From: an uncultured virus (IMG/VR IMGVR_UViG_2061766007_000327)
Lineage: Duplodnaviria; Heunggongvirae; Uroviricota; Caudoviricetes
Virus record (IMG/VR): IMGVR_UViG_2061766007_000327
Reading direction: 5' to 3' (one strand)
Length of the DNA stretch: 64,000 bases
Under the pieces are notes generated by a model. The model ran no database searches and was not told where the DNA came from. It saw only the letters and a list, made by a program, of their open reading frames with translations. The position numbers and the translations under genes are program-made. Below, piece after piece: positions 10,726 to 21,560 of the stretch. The first letter of the stretch is position 1. Each line of letters starts with the position of its first letter.

Positions 10726-11207
10726 TAAGGGTAAGGCTTAAAATAGGAGAAGACGGGGCGATCGTAGATACCGAGACCGCATACGGATTCATCTACCTTG
10801 ATTCCGACAAGATTGTGGGTGCTCCGTCCAAGGGCTACGAGAGTACGTCCTATCCGGAGGAGGAGGGGGAACATATCATTCCCAAGACCGTCGACGCTCC
10901 ATTTGACTACAAGGTAAAATTCTTTATCCAGGCATCCAGCCTTAAGAACGCCAACGACAGGATTGCCGACTTCAATGCTCTCCTTTTCACGCCGGTTACT
11001 GGCAAAGATACGAAGATGGCGAATAAGGTAGAATTTTACAACGACTACAAGCGGCATAAGATTGTGGGGTATCCGCAGCCTATATCCGAAGCGACCGACT
11101 TTTGGAGAGACCGCAAGAACCAGCTCCAGGATATCGTTATCGTCGAGTTCCAAATAAGGGTGACAAAGCCTAGCCTGTGTGATTTTAATCTTCCTGCCGC
11201 ATCATGA
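10722..11207 (+). CDS. Putative distal tail (Dit-like) protein
   Basis: 161 aa, beta-rich, between the tape measure and the large tail-tip gene. Called from synteny. Confidence 0.55.
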   Translation: MIRVRLKIGEDGAIVDTETAYGFIYLDSDKIVGAPSKGYESTSYPEEEGEHIIPKTVDAPFDYKVKFFIQASSLKNANDRIADFNALLFTPVTGKDTKMANKVEFYNDYKRHKIVGYPQPISEATDFWRDRKNQLQDIVIVEFQIRVTKPSLCDFNLPAAS

Positions 11208-14200
11208 TCCCACAGATACAAGAGATAAATTTTCCGGATTATGTGACCCTGCATCAGGCGACGGTGAACTTTGCGACGATGGGCGACCGTTCCATCAGCA
11301 CGCAAGTACGCATTGACGGAGATAGAGTCCCAGAGTTCGGTGTGACCGAGAACGGCGTATTCAAGCCGATGGAGTTGGTATTCCGCGGGGAGAGGTTTAT
11401 CCTGCCGGTGAGAGAACCACAGGCGAGGAAGGACAACTCGACAAGGAATTCCCTCATTGACCTTAACTTCCAATCCTGGGTGGTATACCAGTTGAAGCGC
11501 TACTACTTTGTGGAGATGGCGTCGACAACGTCCGGGACGGCCATAGCTGACAAGTACGAGGCTTCGCTTGTTCTTAATCTGGAGAATTTTGTCGATGCCT
11601 TCAACCTCGTGCTGGATCATTATTTCAATGGAGAGATACAAATCTCCCTGTTCCAGCAAGGGCAGAATATATATCCGACGGATACGGTCGCCATTGAGAT
11701 CAACTATTCGAAGATCTGGGATGTCCTCCAGAAAGTATACGAACTGTATAATGTCCGTTGGTGGATCGAATACAACTCTACGACCCATACCTATTACATA
11801 ATGATGGGTTATGAGTCGCCAGCCATTGACGATCACGATTTCTCATACGGCTACCAGGGCGGTCTTATCAGCTTCGAACGCCAGGTGCAGGAAGAGGTGA
11901 CCAACATCCTTCTTGGAAGGGGCGGCGAGAAGAATCTCCCGTACCGATATTTCAAGCGGGTAGATGAGCAGAACCCCGGCTGGACGGCAGATCCGGATGC
12001 TATTCCTGAGTTAGCGAACATTTACTTCGACAGGCTTAGGGACGCAACCTTCCGCTGGTATGTGAGAGGTTGGATGAAGAACTCCCACAGGGATACGAGT
12101 TGGGATTCTACGCACACATTCCCGTCATATACCGAGACGGATATACCCGGTACGTCTGGCGATCCGCTCCACGATAACTATCTATTCGCCTTCCGCAAAG
12201 GCAAGACGGACACGAAGTTCGATCCGGTAGAGTACGTGCAGGATACGGACTCCATTGACATCTACGGCGAGATGTGGGGAGCCTTGGATAACAACGACGA
12301 CATCTATCCTACTATACAGGGAGTGAATCCGCCGAATGACAGCCCTGACGTGGGATTCGTCGATGTGGCTGTCGGTATCTCGCAGATAGTAACTGACGAC
12401 ATCCAGGCATATACACAGAACGCTGCGGTCGAGACGACCATTAAGGATATCCATCATAGTGAAACCGGGAGTATCGTTACACACTATGTGCTATTCTCGG
12501 ATACATTTACGATTGCCGAGGGAGATACGGGTAACATTACCTACCACCCATTGGCGAAGGATTCCGTCTGGCCCGCATATGTTTCGTACAACACGTCGGA
12601 GTCAAGTGTCGAGGTTATCCGAGAGTCTGACTTCCAGGTAATAAGTACAACGAACTCTTTTGACACGGCGGTTAACACTGGCGCAATCGCCGGTATTCCA
12701 GCAGGCACGTACAGACTGCGGCTGAACCTTGTGCTTAATTGCACCGGTCCCGCTACGAGGGTGACCGGAACTTTTGGTCTTGAGAATATCGTCCTTACCA
12801 CGTCGGCAATCAACACGAACGCTTGGAAGCCGACCTTCGACATCTGGGTAAAGAATATCTGGCAGACCACACAGGGGGCGAATGAGTCTGATACGGCATA
12901 CTCAGAGAGGGTCTGGGGGCCGATCCTCGGAGACCGGGTAGGTAACCAGGCAAAGATAGTATTCTCGACCGGGCCGATGTCGATTTCGCAGGATTACGAA
13001 TTTACGATAGCCAGTTATCCGGTTCCGGACAGGACAAGGACATATAACGGAGTCACTTCCGAATGGAGGATAACGGTCTACAAATGCGACGCGGAGTATC
13101 AAACGACCGGGCTGTACATTCCTAATGCTTCCTCGGCTCAACCGACCGCTGGTAACAAGTTCTTCTTCACTGGCATTGATATGCCGTTCCAGTACGTCCA
13201 GTGGGCGGAAGAGAGATTGAGCGCATACAAGGCGACGCAGCTCGAGGATATGTCGGACGTAACTACGACCTGGGCTCTCAAGTTGGATAAAGTCCGCGTG
13301 CATACGCTCGAAGATGCAGATCTTGGACAGTTGCTGGCAGACAGGCTGGATTCCGGCGTACTCATCAACACGACCGATCCGAGATTTACCCACGGCGACG
13401 TCTTGTCTCTTTACATCCAGTCCATAACCTGGACTTGGAACGAGCCTACCAACGACAACCCTTACCTTGTGCCGGATATAGAGGTTGTGCTCGCAGACAA
13501 GGTCGTCGCAGTCAAGAGCCCGATAGCGGAACTGTCGGAAGAGGTTAACGTGATATCTGCGACCTATGTACAGACCCCGGATGTAGAGTCCGTGGTAAGG
13601 CGTGTCGCGGGGGCACTTTACCTGAAGAAGACTGGCGAGAGTGATACGTCTTCCTCTCCTACGAGTTTCTCAAGCAAGGTAACGAGCAGTAAGTTCAAGA
13701 AGGGAAGCATCGGCGGGCAAGGCTGGGGCTTCTATGAAGATAATTCACCTGCCTTCGATGTGCCGACCCAGTCCGGGCTGGTCGACGACGGCAGCACTGA
13801 TTCCAAGGCTGTCCTCGAAGTGGATAAACTCGTGGTGCGCGATGAACTGCACGTTAACGAATTGGTTGTGAACCAGGTCTCATATCAAGGCGGCAAGGAG
13901 ATTATCTCCGCTGCGGCGATGGAGGTTTCTATGGTTCGGGAAACCAATAATTCCTACATCTGCTATTTCGACCAAAAGCAGAACACTGTTGTCAACCTGT
14001 TCCAGGTAAATGACATCGCCTACGGGCAGGTGTGGAATGCCGATAATTCCGAACTGCGCTCATATAGAATGGTCGTGACGGCTGTCGACTCAAACAGCAT
14101 CACGCTTTCGAAGGGCACGCGTTACGGCTCGGGTGCGCCGACGGTTGGCGACAAGATCGTCCAGTACGGCAACACGACGAATACGTCCCGGCAGTATGTG

Positions 14201-16222
14201 ATATTCCGCGATGTCATCGGTGGCGGCTATGAGCGGATGATCTCCGGTCTTAACTCCCCGTCGGCTTCCGGAACAGAGTATTACTTCGCCGGAAGGGAAG
14301 GTAACAGTTCCCCGCGCTGGTTTGTCGGGCAGAAGACTAACGGCGAGTACGCGGAATGGGTTAACGGACACCTGAATATCAAGGGAGGCATTACGGTTAC
14401 TTCCGGCTCTTCGGGTATGTCTAACTTCAGTGAGTATTCGGATCTCACAAGCAGTATAACATCGGTATCGAACAGTCTGACCACATTCCTCCAGACGACT
14501 TACCCATCAGACAAGCAAGGGCTCCAGGACGGGATGATCCAGACCTATTCCGGCACGAGTGCTCCCACGTGGACCGATGATAATTCCAAGCACGTCGGGG
14601 ATATCTGGTACGACCAAACCAACCAGATAACCAAGCGCTTTAGCGAGCAGTATACCTGGGAGCCTCTGACAGACGGCACGGCGGTAACTGCAGAAGCTCT
14701 GGCGCGGACTAAGTGTCGTGTGTTCTACGGACAGCCGACGGTACCTTACTCCCAGAACGACCTTTGGTTTAATAACGGCAAGGTATATCGAGCCACGACG
14801 GGCAGAACTACGGGCTCATTTAATTCCGAAGAATGGGAGGAGGCTATCCTGCTCAATGCCAATGACAAGGCGGAGGTGAAGAGGGAGTGGCAGAAGATCC
14901 ACGGCGAGGCGAATGTCACGGGGAATCCGTCGAACAAGGGGTCATATATCACGACTAAGAACATCGTAGAAAGCGCGGGGTACGGCGCTGAGGAGAACGT
15001 AGTTCTGACGTATGACGGCTATGTTCTGACATATGGCTCTAGCAATACCGACATCCTTCGCTATAAGGCGTCCGGTACTGCCGCATTTGACGCTGCGTAT
15101 AATGCACTCAAGACATATCTTACCACTTATACTCTGTATGACGGGAATGAGGAATGGCGGAGCGGCTATGATCCGGACGAACTGACAAGATTGCTTACGG
15201 CATATTACACGGCGCAGACCGAGTTCCTCGCTAACGCACAGTTCTCCGTCGTCAGCGACCTCGAGTATCTGAAAGCGGCACTGCCGCAGGGGGCTTCTAC
15301 CGACATAGAAGGGGGTGTCGTCCTCTCGACGATACTTGGTGTAAGGGACGAGAGTAACCACGTGACCGCCGGAATGAACGGGAACGTCGGCGACCTCAAC
15401 CCTATGCTCTGGGCTGGGTCCACGAACGCATCAACGATAAATAATGCCAAATGGCGCGTCTATAAGGATGGCCGGATGGTTCTCTGTGACAGCAGCGGAG
15501 GGAACTTCACTGTCATAGATGGTAACACCTACACCTTATCCGATGTTTTTGGCGCAGACGCGAGCAAGACCCTTACGGGCGGAAGCGCCACTGGTTCTGA
15601 GCCCCTTGTAGATGGCGGCGGACCTTTTGTCGTGACCATTAGCAATAATGTCCAGACTAACCTCGTTACCGACAAGGATGGCACTTTTGCTTTCCCGAGC
15701 ATAACTCTGTCCGGGAGGGTTGAGCGTTCAGACCCGGGCCAGAGGGTTACTGTCAATTCGGCACAGATAATGCTTAAGGTGGACGGGCAAGAGGTCTCAA
15801 GTCTAAGCAATTCTTCCGTACAAGTCGGGTCTAACTTCTCGGATACGATTACCGGTGTGCAGATGTATCTTCCTGCCGGGACGCATACGATTTCCGTGGA
15901 GGGTGTTTTCTATGGCGAGCACTATGGCGATGACCCTACCTTCACGACAAACTTTACCGCAGGCGTGACGTACGGAGGCAGCGGTACGCTGATTGTAAAC
16001 CAGAAAAAAGCCCACCTGTGCTCCAACGGCTTCATCCTCGGGAAGTCGAACGTCGACTATATGCAGGCGACAGTCGACAGCAACGGGATGAACTTCGTAG
16101 CCCGGAGCGGTAACGCAGGGGTAAAGGTCTATAATGGGGCATTAAAGCTCCTTCTTAACGGTTCGTGGTACACGGCATCGGAAGACGGTGGATATTTGAA
16201 ATTAACATCAACAACAGAATAA
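11204..16222 (+). CDS. Large tail tip / baseplate hub protein
   Basis: 1672 aa. The N-terminal 'LLGRGGEKNLPYRY' and 'DDIYPTI' segments are of tail-hub type and are followed by beta-rich fibre domains. Confidence 0.75.
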   Translation: MIPQIQEINFPDYVTLHQATVNFATMGDRSISTQVRIDGDRVPEFGVTENGVFKPMELVFRGERFILPVREPQARKDNSTRNSLIDLNFQSWVVYQLKRYYFVEMASTTSGTAIADKYEASLVLNLENFVDAFNLVLDHYFNGEIQISLFQQGQNIYPTDTVAIEINYSKIWDVLQKVYELYNVRWWIEYNSTTHTYYIMMGYESPAIDDHDFSYGYQGGLISFERQVQEEVTNILLGRGGEKNLPYRYFKRVDEQNPGWTADPDAIPELANIYFDRLRDATFRWYVRGWMKNSHRDTSWDSTHTFPSYTETDIPGTSGDPLHDNYLFAFRKGKTDTKFDPVEYVQDTDSIDIYGEMWGALDNNDDIYPTIQGVNPPNDSPDVGFVDVAVGISQIVTDDIQAYTQNAAVETTIKDIHHSETGSIVTHYVLFSDTFTIAEGDTGNITYHPLAKDSVWPAYVSYNTSESSVEVIRESDFQVISTTNSFDTAVNTGAIAGIPAGTYRLRLNLVLNCTGPATRVTGTFGLENIVLTTSAINTNAWKPTFDIWVKNIWQTTQGANESDTAYSERVWGPILGDRVGNQAKIVFSTGPMSISQDYEFTIASYPVPDRTRTYNGVTSEWRITVYKCDAEYQTTGLYIPNASSAQPTAGNKFFFTGIDMPFQYVQWAEERLSAYKATQLEDMSDVTTTWALKLDKVRVHTLEDADLGQLLADRLDSGVLINTTDPRFTHGDVLSLYIQSITWTWNEPTNDNPYLVPDIEVVLADKVVAVKSPIAELSEEVNVISATYVQTPDVESVVRRVAGALYLKKTGESDTSSSPTSFSSKVTSSKFKKGSIGGQGWGFYEDNSPAFDVPTQSGLVDDGSTDSKAVLEVDKLVVRDELHVNELVVNQVSYQGGKEIISAAAMEVSMVRETNNSYICYFDQKQNTVVNLFQVNDIAYGQVWNADNSELRSYRMVVTAVDSNSITLSKGTRYGSGAPTVGDKIVQYGNTTNTSRQYVIFRDVIGGGYERMISGLNSPSASGTEYYFAGREGNSSPRWFVGQKTNGEYAEWVNGHLNIKGGITVTSGSSGMSNFSEYSDLTSSITSVSNSLTTFLQTTYPSDKQGLQDGMIQTYSGTSAPTWTDDNSKHVGDIWYDQTNQITKRFSEQYTWEPLTDGTAVTAEALARTKCRVFYGQPTVPYSQNDLWFNNGKVYRATTGRTTGSFNSEEWEEAILLNANDKAEVKREWQKIHGEANVTGNPSNKGSYITTKNIVESAGYGAEENVVLTYDGYVLTYGSSNTDILRYKASGTAAFDAAYNALKTYLTTYTLYDGNEEWRSGYDPDELTRLLTAYYTAQTEFLANAQFSVVSDLEYLKAALPQGASTDIEGGVVLSTILGVRDESNHVTAGMNGNVGDLNPMLWAGSTNASTINNAKWRVYKDGRMVLCDSSGGNFTVIDGNTYTLSDVFGADASKTLTGGSATGSEPLVDGGGPFVVTISNNVQTNLVTDKDGTFAFPSITLSGRVERSDPGQRVTVNSAQIMLKVDGQEVSSLSNSSVQVGSNFSDTITGVQMYLPAGTHTISVEGVFYGEHYGDDPTFTTNFTAGVTYGGSGTLIVNQKKAHLCSNGFILGKSNVDYMQATVDSNGMNFVARSGNAGVKVYNGALKLLLNGSWYTASEDGGYLKLTSTTE

Positions 16223-16223
16223 T

Positions 16224-16469
16224 ATGGCAACAGAGAAATCAATCACTTCGGTGAGCGCTCTCAGTAATGAGGCAAACAACCTGTCCCAGTATTACTTTAC
16301 AATGAGTAACTCTTCCGGAACGGCGGCAAGGCTTCCGGGCGGTAAGTTCGCCAATATCGTTATGGGTTCCGGCAGCCAGACCGGCATCAAGATCTGGGTT
16401 GGCACAAGCTCGAACCTTCCGTCAAGTTCCAACAGGGACTCGAATACGCTCTACTTCGTAACTGATTAG
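16224..16469 (+). CDS. Small tail-fibre-associated protein
   Basis: The C-terminal 'IWVGT...LP....DSNTLYFV' is a recurrent phage fibre motif. Confidence 0.5.
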   Translation: MATEKSITSVSALSNEANNLSQYYFTMSNSSGTAARLPGGKFANIVMGSGSQTGIKIWVGTSSNLPSSSNRDSNTLYFVTD

Positions 16470-16472
16470 GCT

Positions 16473-19226
16473 ATGTCGGTACTGTCAGGAAATAGTAATA
16501 CGAATTTATCGACCATCCTCTACGGGGCTAACAAGACGGTCCAGGAGGTGTATTTGGGCAACGCCCTTGTCTGGTCTGCCCAGAGCACTTCCTTCTCTTT
16601 TAGCCCGACGACGTTATATAATCTGTCTAACGGCGGAGGATCTGTCGATATTACCTTCACCCCAGGTATAAGCGATTATGTTGCGGGTACTTGGCCGGCG
16701 TGGGTGTCTAGCGTAACGCCGACGGTCGTATCCGGTGTTACTACGAAGATTACGGTAACGTATGGGGAAAATGCGAGCACGAGCACGCGAGACGGTAATC
16801 TAACTTTCTTCGCCGGTGGAGAAAACCGGACTGTTCCAATGAGCCAGCAGGCTGCAGATGTCACGGTCACGAGTGAATTGAACTTCGTGGGCGTAGGCGG
16901 GACGCAGAAGATCTATATTACAGGCTCATTCTCAAGTTGGCGGATTAATTCAGCACCTCTATGGGTGGATTATGCATCATCGACAGGAACCACCTCTCCG
17001 ATCGATATAACGGCAGACAGTAACGATACGGGTTCGTCAAGAGGTGGCACAATAAGTCTGACCGTTGATGGACACCTCTATTCTGTGGGTGTCATCCAAG
17101 CGGCGATAGAAGTCCATAAATTTAAGATCAATCCTACGCCTTCCAATGCGACGGTTCTTATTGATGGTCAGCAGAGGACTAATAACGAGGCATACTTTGC
17201 CCCTACTACGGTAATCCCTTGGAGTGTTTCCGCGACCGGCTACGAAACGAAGACCGGGCAACTCCCGATGGGTTACACCGACTACACGATGGACGTGACG
17301 CTGGTAGCGGCAACTTATACCTTATCCGTCAGTCCGACAAGCCGCGAGTTCGATTATGATGAGTACAGTTCTTCGGACGGGAAGTCTATCTCCATCACAT
17401 CTAATCAAAGTTGGACTATTTCTGTCCCGACGGGATTCGCCATTTCCAGAAGCACGAGCGGCTCTGGTAACGCCACATTCAATGTATATCCGACATCGTA
17501 TAACTCGGGCACGACAAACAAGACGGGCACGCTTACCATCACAGGGAACGATTCACAATTTGTGAATGTACAACTCACGCAGAAAGCCCTAATATTGACG
17601 ATCGATCCTACCGAACTCAATGTATCTGCTTCCGGCGGATCGTACTCCGTATCTGTCGGTGATCCAAATAATTACGGATGGACGATTTCGTCTAATCAGA
17701 GCTGGTGCTCTGTCGAGCCTTCGTCCGGGACTGGCAACGCGACTGTTGCGGTCGGCATAGGCACGAATACGTCATCTAGTAGGTCTGCTACAATAACCTT
17801 GGCCTCCAGCACAGGCGATGGGACTAATCTGACTTGTTCCGTAGCCCAGTCGGCTGCACAGGCTATTACTTTCAGCCCGTCATCTGTCTCGTTTGCTGGC
17901 ACGGGTTCCGAGGAAGTTATAGGCATCAATGGAACATTCTATGGGTGGGAGGTAACGTCTTGGCCTAATTGGTGTACCTGCGAAATGACTACGGGCGAGT
18001 CAAACAATCCGATACTGATAGAGGCGGGCGCAAATACGGGCAGTACAACAAGGACTGGCACTCTCGTGGTCGAAGTTGACGGCGTTGAGTATCAGATCCC
18101 TCTGTCACAGATAGCGGCATCGGCAGTAACCTACAACTTCATCGTCAGTGCTTCGCCGAGTGGTTGTACCGTATTGATTAACGACAGTGTGAGAACTAAT
18201 AATACGTTTGCTTGCCCTGCCGGAACAGAAGTACGTTGGAGTGTTTCCAAGAGCGGCTATGTCACGCAGTCGGGAACATACACAATGACGGCCGAGAACC
18301 ATACGGAGTCTGTTACCCTCGTGGCTGCCACTCTGTCTGTCACTACGCTTAACGGCACAAATAGTCTTACCTTTGACTACGATAAATATGGTTGGGCTAG
18401 CGGCTCGCAGTACGTTATAGTCAATTCCAATCAGAGTTGGACTATGACAACTACAGGTGTCTTTAGGATAGGCTCGTCTGGGGCTACTACTATAAATAGG
18501 ACTGCAGGCAATAATTCATACGACATCTTCCCAGCCTCAGCCAATACGGGCAGTTCGGCAAGGACCGGGACGCTCACCGTCACTGGTACTTATGGCGGCT
18601 CGGCTACAATTAACTTGACGCAGAACTACGATACAACTGCACTCCAGAGTCTGTCGATTAGCGGCCCAGACACTCTTGATATTAATGATGCAAGTGCATA
18701 CATGGAGGTCTATACGCCTTCCAATACGACACAGACAGGAGTCACTTGGTCTATCACAAGCGGTTCAAGTTATTGTACTGGTTCGGTCGAAGATGTCGGA
18801 GGCGGTGGAGATCCCTTTGTCCTCTATCCTACCAGCAGTGCCTATGTCGGTGCGACAATCACTATTAGGTGTCAGTCCACAGTCAATTCAAGCATCTATG
18901 CGACCAAGACAATAGCCGTAGTGGATGAGCTTGGGCCAGCCGTGGAACCGATTGATAGTGTCACAGTAAGTGGTTCCGACACAATCTATACTACAACTAA
19001 TCAAGCCACCTATACGGCAACAGTTCTGCCTGCTACGGCAGAAGACAAATCAGTAACTTGGAGCGTGACAGGCCCGGATGCCAGTAAACTCAGCATCAAT
19101 CAGAACGGAGTCGTGACGGTCAAGTCAACGGCAACCTATCTGGGACAGGCGAATGTTGTTGCAACGAGTAATGCCGACCCGACTGTTTCGGGAAGCCTGA
19201 CAATCATGTTCAGATACAAGACATGA
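16473..19226 (+). CDS. Virion adhesin with tandem BACON-like and Ig-like (Big_2) domains
   Basis: Repeated 'W.I.S...W......SG.G...V....N.....R.G.L' units, two 'PS.ATV.I.G....W.VS..GY.T..G' units, and C-terminal 'V.P..A....VTWS' Ig-like domains. Confidence 0.8.
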   Translation: MSVLSGNSNTNLSTILYGANKTVQEVYLGNALVWSAQSTSFSFSPTTLYNLSNGGGSVDITFTPGISDYVAGTWPAWVSSVTPTVVSGVTTKITVTYGENASTSTRDGNLTFFAGGENRTVPMSQQAADVTVTSELNFVGVGGTQKIYITGSFSSWRINSAPLWVDYASSTGTTSPIDITADSNDTGSSRGGTISLTVDGHLYSVGVIQAAIEVHKFKINPTPSNATVLIDGQQRTNNEAYFAPTTVIPWSVSATGYETKTGQLPMGYTDYTMDVTLVAATYTLSVSPTSREFDYDEYSSSDGKSISITSNQSWTISVPTGFAISRSTSGSGNATFNVYPTSYNSGTTNKTGTLTITGNDSQFVNVQLTQKALILTIDPTELNVSASGGSYSVSVGDPNNYGWTISSNQSWCSVEPSSGTGNATVAVGIGTNTSSSRSATITLASSTGDGTNLTCSVAQSAAQAITFSPSSVSFAGTGSEEVIGINGTFYGWEVTSWPNWCTCEMTTGESNNPILIEAGANTGSTTRTGTLVVEVDGVEYQIPLSQIAASAVTYNFIVSASPSGCTVLINDSVRTNNTFACPAGTEVRWSVSKSGYVTQSGTYTMTAENHTESVTLVAATLSVTTLNGTNSLTFDYDKYGWASGSQYVIVNSNQSWTMTTTGVFRIGSSGATTINRTAGNNSYDIFPASANTGSSARTGTLTVTGTYGGSATINLTQNYDTTALQSLSISGPDTLDINDASAYMEVYTPSNTTQTGVTWSITSGSSYCTGSVEDVGGGGDPFVLYPTSSAYVGATITIRCQSTVNSSIYATKTIAVVDELGPAVEPIDSVTVSGSDTIYTTTNQATYTATVLPATAEDKSVTWSVTGPDASKLSINQNGVVTVKSTATYLGQANVVATSNADPTVSGSLTIMFRYKT

Positions 19227-19600
19227 TAAAAGTCCTCTCATACCTTTGGCAGTTGCCCCAGAACCTCTTGGCTTTGGGGCTGCTGCTTCGCGGTTACGAT
19301 GACGTGTTCCCGTACAAGGGTGCGATGGTCTATACCTGCACTTGGCTTAACGGAGGTGTGAGTCTCGGAAAGTACATCTTGCTCAACACTCCCACAACCG
19401 TTGACATATGCCACGAATACGGGCATTGTAGACAAAGCAAGATGCTCGGCCCTCTCTACCTCCTTGTTGTCGGATTGTGGTCTGCTATAAGGGCACAATT
19501 CCGACTATACAAGACCGGGAAATACTACAAGGGCTATCCGGAGGCTTGGGCGGATCGGCTCGGAGGAGTCGATCCTAGTCTGCGAGAAAATTGCATATAG
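19223..19600 (+). CDS. Small HExxH (HEYGH) protein, putative Zn metallopeptidase-like
   Basis: 'HEYGHCRQS' with a downstream E ('PEAWAD') and hydrophobic stretches. Confidence 0.5.
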   Translation: MIKVLSYLWQLPQNLLALGLLLRGYDDVFPYKGAMVYTCTWLNGGVSLGKYILLNTPTTVDICHEYGHCRQSKMLGPLYLLVVGLWSAIRAQFRLYKTGKYYKGYPEAWADRLGGVDPSLRENCI

Positions 19601-19627
19601 CGCAGGTCGGCGTATTGACATTTTACT

Positions 19628-19635
19628 TATCTTTG
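19628..19635 (+). promoter_or_regulatory. Bacteroidota -7 box
   Basis: Intergenic TATCTTTG about 27 nt before ATG 19663. Confidence 0.55.
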
Positions 19636-19662
19636 CTACTGGAATAAAACAGCAGAAAAAAA

Positions 19663-20019
19663 ATGGTTATGGATTGGGCAAACGGCATAGTGAATGAATC
19701 GGGCTGGAACGGCACCGGTTACAAATACGCTGTTGAGATAAACTGCAAGGACTTCAGTATGGATACTGACGACTGGACTATTACCGTAAAGAAAGGTAAT
19801 AAGACGTTAGTATTCACCCCAGAGAATGCAGTGCATCATGTAGAAAACGAAGGACAGGAGAACGAGGTGTCGGAGTGGTATATCTGCGTCGAGTCCTCCT
19901 TACTGGGGCCGGGCACGTTAGAGGTGATATACGATGCTTGTGTTCCCGACGCTGACTTCCCTGACGGGATTCGCCACGAAATTATTAAACAGAATTTGAT
20001 TATTAACCAAAAGCTTTAG
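19663..20019 (+). CDS. Hypothetical protein (beta-sandwich, tail/baseplate region)
   Basis: 118 aa ORF downstream of a promoter box. Confidence 0.55.
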   Translation: MVMDWANGIVNESGWNGTGYKYAVEINCKDFSMDTDDWTITVKKGNKTLVFTPENAVHHVENEGQENEVSEWYICVESSLLGPGTLEVIYDACVPDADFPDGIRHEIIKQNLIINQKL

Positions 20020-20024
20020 TCTAA

Positions 20025-20243
20025 ATGGGATGCCTGAGCGTATCGCTACGGAGGATCGGCGGGATAACCGCGGAGGCCAGCAGGATCGGAGGAATGACAG
20101 CTTCCGCCAGGCGGGTCGGCGGGATGACTGCGCGCCTCGGACTGGTCTGCTCGACGGATCTTGGCGAATATATCCTTTGGGGACGTGACGGAATAATCTT
20201 CAACGTGTACGGTGATAAGATTTATTTAACTAAGAAACCATAA
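20025..20243 (+). CDS. Small protein with three R(I/V)GG(I/M)TA repeats
   Basis: RIGGITA / RIGGMTA / RVGGMTA, coupled to the next gene by TAATG. Confidence 0.55.
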   Translation: MGCLSVSLRRIGGITAEASRIGGMTASARRVGGMTARLGLVCSTDLGEYILWGRDGIIFNVYGDKIYLTKKP

Positions 20244-20641
20244 TGGCGAAGGAGAGACTGACATACAACACCCCGGAGGTGCAGGCGATACTTGACTCGG
20301 TTGATGGGAAGGCATCCATCGAGCAGGGTACGACCGAATACTGGAACAATCGGACGGGGTACGTTCCGCCAGCAGGGACGATAATTGTCTATAATGACTA
20401 TAAGAGCAAGGAAGTTGATGGCGAGACGATATATACTCCGGGCATCAAAATCGGCTCTGGTAACGGCTACGTCCAAGACTTAGCTTTCGTGGACGGCGAC
20501 GTGTCAGATGCCTTGGTCAGCCACATCAACGACACTCTGGTTCATATCCAGTCCGGGGAACGGGAGTTTTGGAACAGGAAATTGAACGTAGATGACAACA
20601 TGGAAGTTGTAGATGAAACGTTGATATTTAACAGATTATAG
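20243..20641 (+). CDS. Tail fibre protein with an Mtd_N/hyaluronidase-N-like segment
   Basis: 'GTTEYWN....VP..G.I....D.......IKIGSG......L.F' resembles the Mtd N-terminal motif. Confidence 0.55.
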   Translation: MAKERLTYNTPEVQAILDSVDGKASIEQGTTEYWNNRTGYVPPAGTIIVYNDYKSKEVDGETIYTPGIKIGSGNGYVQDLAFVDGDVSDALVSHINDTLVHIQSGEREFWNRKLNVDDNMEVVDETLIFNRL

Positions 20642-20643
20642 AT

Positions 20644-21549
20644 ATGCCAAACATTAAGAAAGTAACGTTACCTTCGGGTAATACCTATGACCTCGTAGAT
20701 GCGGGGGCGAGGGAGTTGATTTCAGCACTGAGCGGAAGCACGGCGTTCCTCGGCCTCACCACCACTGCCCTGACTGACGGGGCTACCACCAACCCGATTA
20801 CGGTCAACGGGAGCAGCGTGACCGCCACCACCGGAAACATCGTGATCTATGAAAGTGCGGAGTTCATCTGGGACGGGGCGAAGTGGGTCGAGTTCGGAGA
20901 CCTGTCTTCCCTCGGAGACCTTGCCTATAAGGACACGGCAAGCGTCTCCTTCTCCGGCGGGACAACGGACAAGTGCTTGGGTTCTGATGCGACCTTCACG
21001 ACTTCCGTAACTCCGACCACGACCAACATCAAGGCTACCGCATCAGGTACTGTGGTAGGAGCATCAAGTACGGACAAATGCCTCGGCAGCGATGCTACGT
21101 TCACTACTTCCGTAACTCCAACAACGAGCAAGTTGGTTACGACCTCTGTACCGAATGTAACTGCGGCAGGGTCGGCCTCCACTTGGAGTTTCACGATGGG
21201 TACGGGGACTGATTCAGAGACCCTTATCATTTCGGGTGCGAACTCCACCGCCCCGACCCTCGGAACGGCTATCACGGCTGCGACTGGTTCGCTTGCCGCC
21301 AACGGTGGCGGAGCATCCGTGGCAACGGGAATAACCTCGGCAACGACCACGACTAACAGTAAGGATGAAGTAACGGCTATCACGGGAGTATCTGTCACGA
21401 CCCAGCCTACCATAGCCCTTGCGACTGGTGCAACCGCAGGGACTGGCGTTATCTCTGTCGCAACTGGGATTACCTCGGCTACGACTACTGCAAATAACAA
21501 GGATGAAGTAACAGCCGTGACCTCAATCGGAACGGGAACGGCATCATAG
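20644..21549 (+). CDS. Thr/Ser/Gly-rich tail fibre protein with internal repeats
   Basis: 'EFIWDGAKWVEFGD' motif, plus duplicated TDKCLGSDATFTTSVTPTT and SVATGITSATTT...KDEVTA units. Confidence 0.65.
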   Translation: MPNIKKVTLPSGNTYDLVDAGARELISALSGSTAFLGLTTTALTDGATTNPITVNGSSVTATTGNIVIYESAEFIWDGAKWVEFGDLSSLGDLAYKDTASVSFSGGTTDKCLGSDATFTTSVTPTTTNIKATASGTVVGASSTDKCLGSDATFTTSVTPTTSKLVTTSVPNVTAAGSASTWSFTMGTGTDSETLIISGANSTAPTLGTAITAATGSLAANGGGASVATGITSATTTTNSKDEVTAITGVSVTTQPTIALATGATAGTGVISVATGITSATTTANNKDEVTAVTSIGTGTAS

Positions 21550-21560
21550 GAGGATAGACT

